NCBI GenBank assembly: GCA_023435025.1
Contig: JAEYSE010000020.1
Coordinates: forward strand, 16,189-80,188
Direction of reading: 5' to 3'
DNA length: 64,000 nucleotides
From: Bacillota bacterium
GTDB lineage: Bacteria; Bacillota; Clostridia; Christensenellales; CAG-138
Part shown: positions 63,359 to 64,000 of the stretch, in pieces
Layout: every line of letters begins with the position of its first letter
Position numbering within the stretch: position 1 is the stretch's first letter
Notes under the pieces: model-generated
What the model saw: only the letters and a program-made list of their open reading frames with translations
Told to the model about the DNA's origin: nothing
Databases searched by the model: none
Translations under genes and position numbers: made by a program

Positions 63359-64000
63359 TTAAACTTCACGGTCTTGGTGATTAAGATGCGAGTAGAGCGA
63401 ATACAGCGCCTGTGGCTCCAGTGCCTCCGCGCGCACGCCTTCGGGCAAATTTGCGCTCTTCATGGCTTCCCGTATGGTTTCACGCGGGTAACGTGTGGAG
63501 AGCAGGTTGTTTAGCAGCGTCTTTCTTCGCATGGCGAACGCGCTTTGTAAAAAAGATAAAAAGCCTTCCGGCAGCGGAGCGCCCTTTGAAACAAGGCGCA
63601 CCACTGCGGAATGCACGTCTGGCTGTGGATAATAGGCCGAAGGGGGGAGCTTTAACACCTCTTCCACGTCGTAGCCGCACTGTGCAGCTACGGTCAACGG
63701 ACCGTAGACGCGGTCGGCAGGTCCTGCGAAAAAGCGCTCCGCCGCCTCCTGCTGCAGCATCAGCGTCATGCATGCAATAGGTAAGGCGCATTTTAGAAGC
63801 ATCAGCACGATGGGCGTTGTGATGTAGTAAGGCAAATTCCCCGCCACGGTGAGCGGGCCGCCACCTAACTCTTTATGCAGCGCGGCAATATCAGCTTTGA
63901 GGATATCCCCCTCCACAAGAATCAGCCGAGGGGAGGAAAGCGTCTCCTGCAATACGCGTATCATGGCCGCGTCCTTTTCCACGGCGGCCACCGCTTTTGC
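63359..64000 (-). CDS. rsmA: 16S rRNA (adenine1518/1519-N6)-dimethyltransferase RsmA/KsgA, C-terminal part; 5' end lies outside the window
   Basis: GNLPYYITTPIV motif and the C-terminal helical domain. The reading frame stays open to the window edge. Confidence 0.8.
   Translation of the reverse strand, partial: AKAVAAVEKDAAMIRVLQETLSSPRLILVEGDILKADIAALHKELGGGPLTVAGNLPYYITTPIVLMLLKCALPIACMTLMLQQEAAERFFAGPADRVYGPLTVAAQCGYDVEEVLKLPPSAYYPQPDVHSAVVRLVSKGAPLPEGFLSFLQSAFAMRRKTLLNNLLSTRYPRETIREAMKSANLPEGVRAEALEPQALYSLYSHLNHQDREV

Overview
GC-rich, chromosomal-looking segment. By inference only, it fits an anaerobic Firmicutes/Clostridia genome of the Oscillospiraceae type: AGGAGG-type ribosome binding sites (RBS), rubrerythrin, YaaH-like LysM/GH18 spore-type proteins and Bce-type modules. 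I can support about 62 CDS, mostly on the minus strand. I found no rRNA, tRNA, CRISPR array, transposase, integrase or phage genes, so nothing marks this as a mobile island.

Layout:
(1) 1433-15946: one collinear 13-gene minus-strand operon. It contains two paralogous FbpABC/AfuABC-type importer cassettes (binding lipoprotein, one ATPase, fused double permease), each followed by a paralogous small membrane protein and preceded by a HAD hydrolase. An HTH-less LacI-type sensor domain, a ComEC-like MBL hydrolase and an EEP phosphoesterase are inserted between the two cassettes.
(2) 16181-19647: heterodimeric ABC exporter.
(3) 19899-22616: lacI-PHP-pfkB operon.
(4) 22724-26776: operon of three tandem HAD paralogs plus a circularly permuted iPGM-like phosphomutase.
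(5) 26930-30696: miscellaneous small genes.
(6) 30905-35692: two-subunit aconitase X, a 756-aa OYE/4Fe-4S/FAD enoate-reductase-like flavoenzyme, and a divergent TetR.
(7) 35794-38211: rubrerythrin, GGGtGRT protein and a NifU-like protein.
(8) 39420-45916: a third ABC importer with a second ComEC-like MBL and a LacI regulator with paired operators.
(9) 46119-50131: peroxiredoxin, two LysM/GH18-like paralogs and an alpha/beta hydrolase.
(10) 50258-55808: FGGY kinase, SorE-like reductase, PHP and SDR genes, which may form a PTS-independent ketose-1-phosphate route.
(11) 56034-60370: BceRS-AB-type module.
(12) 60415-64000: mntR-like gene, feoAB and a partial rsmA.

Most notable observations:
- The permuted iPGM.
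- A shared TGCAAACG-type LacI operator downstream of three sigma-A-like promoters, linking units 1, 3 and 4 into one putative regulon.
- A heavy concentration of cytoplasmic phosphoesterases around importers: 5 HAD paralogs all lacking the Asp+2 of motif I, 2 PHP, 1 EEP, 2 ComEC-like MBL and 1 iPGM-like.

I propose these together form an uncharacterised system for uptake and processing of an organophosphate (sugar-phosphate or phosphodiester). All functional calls come from motif reading of the translations. No database search was run.
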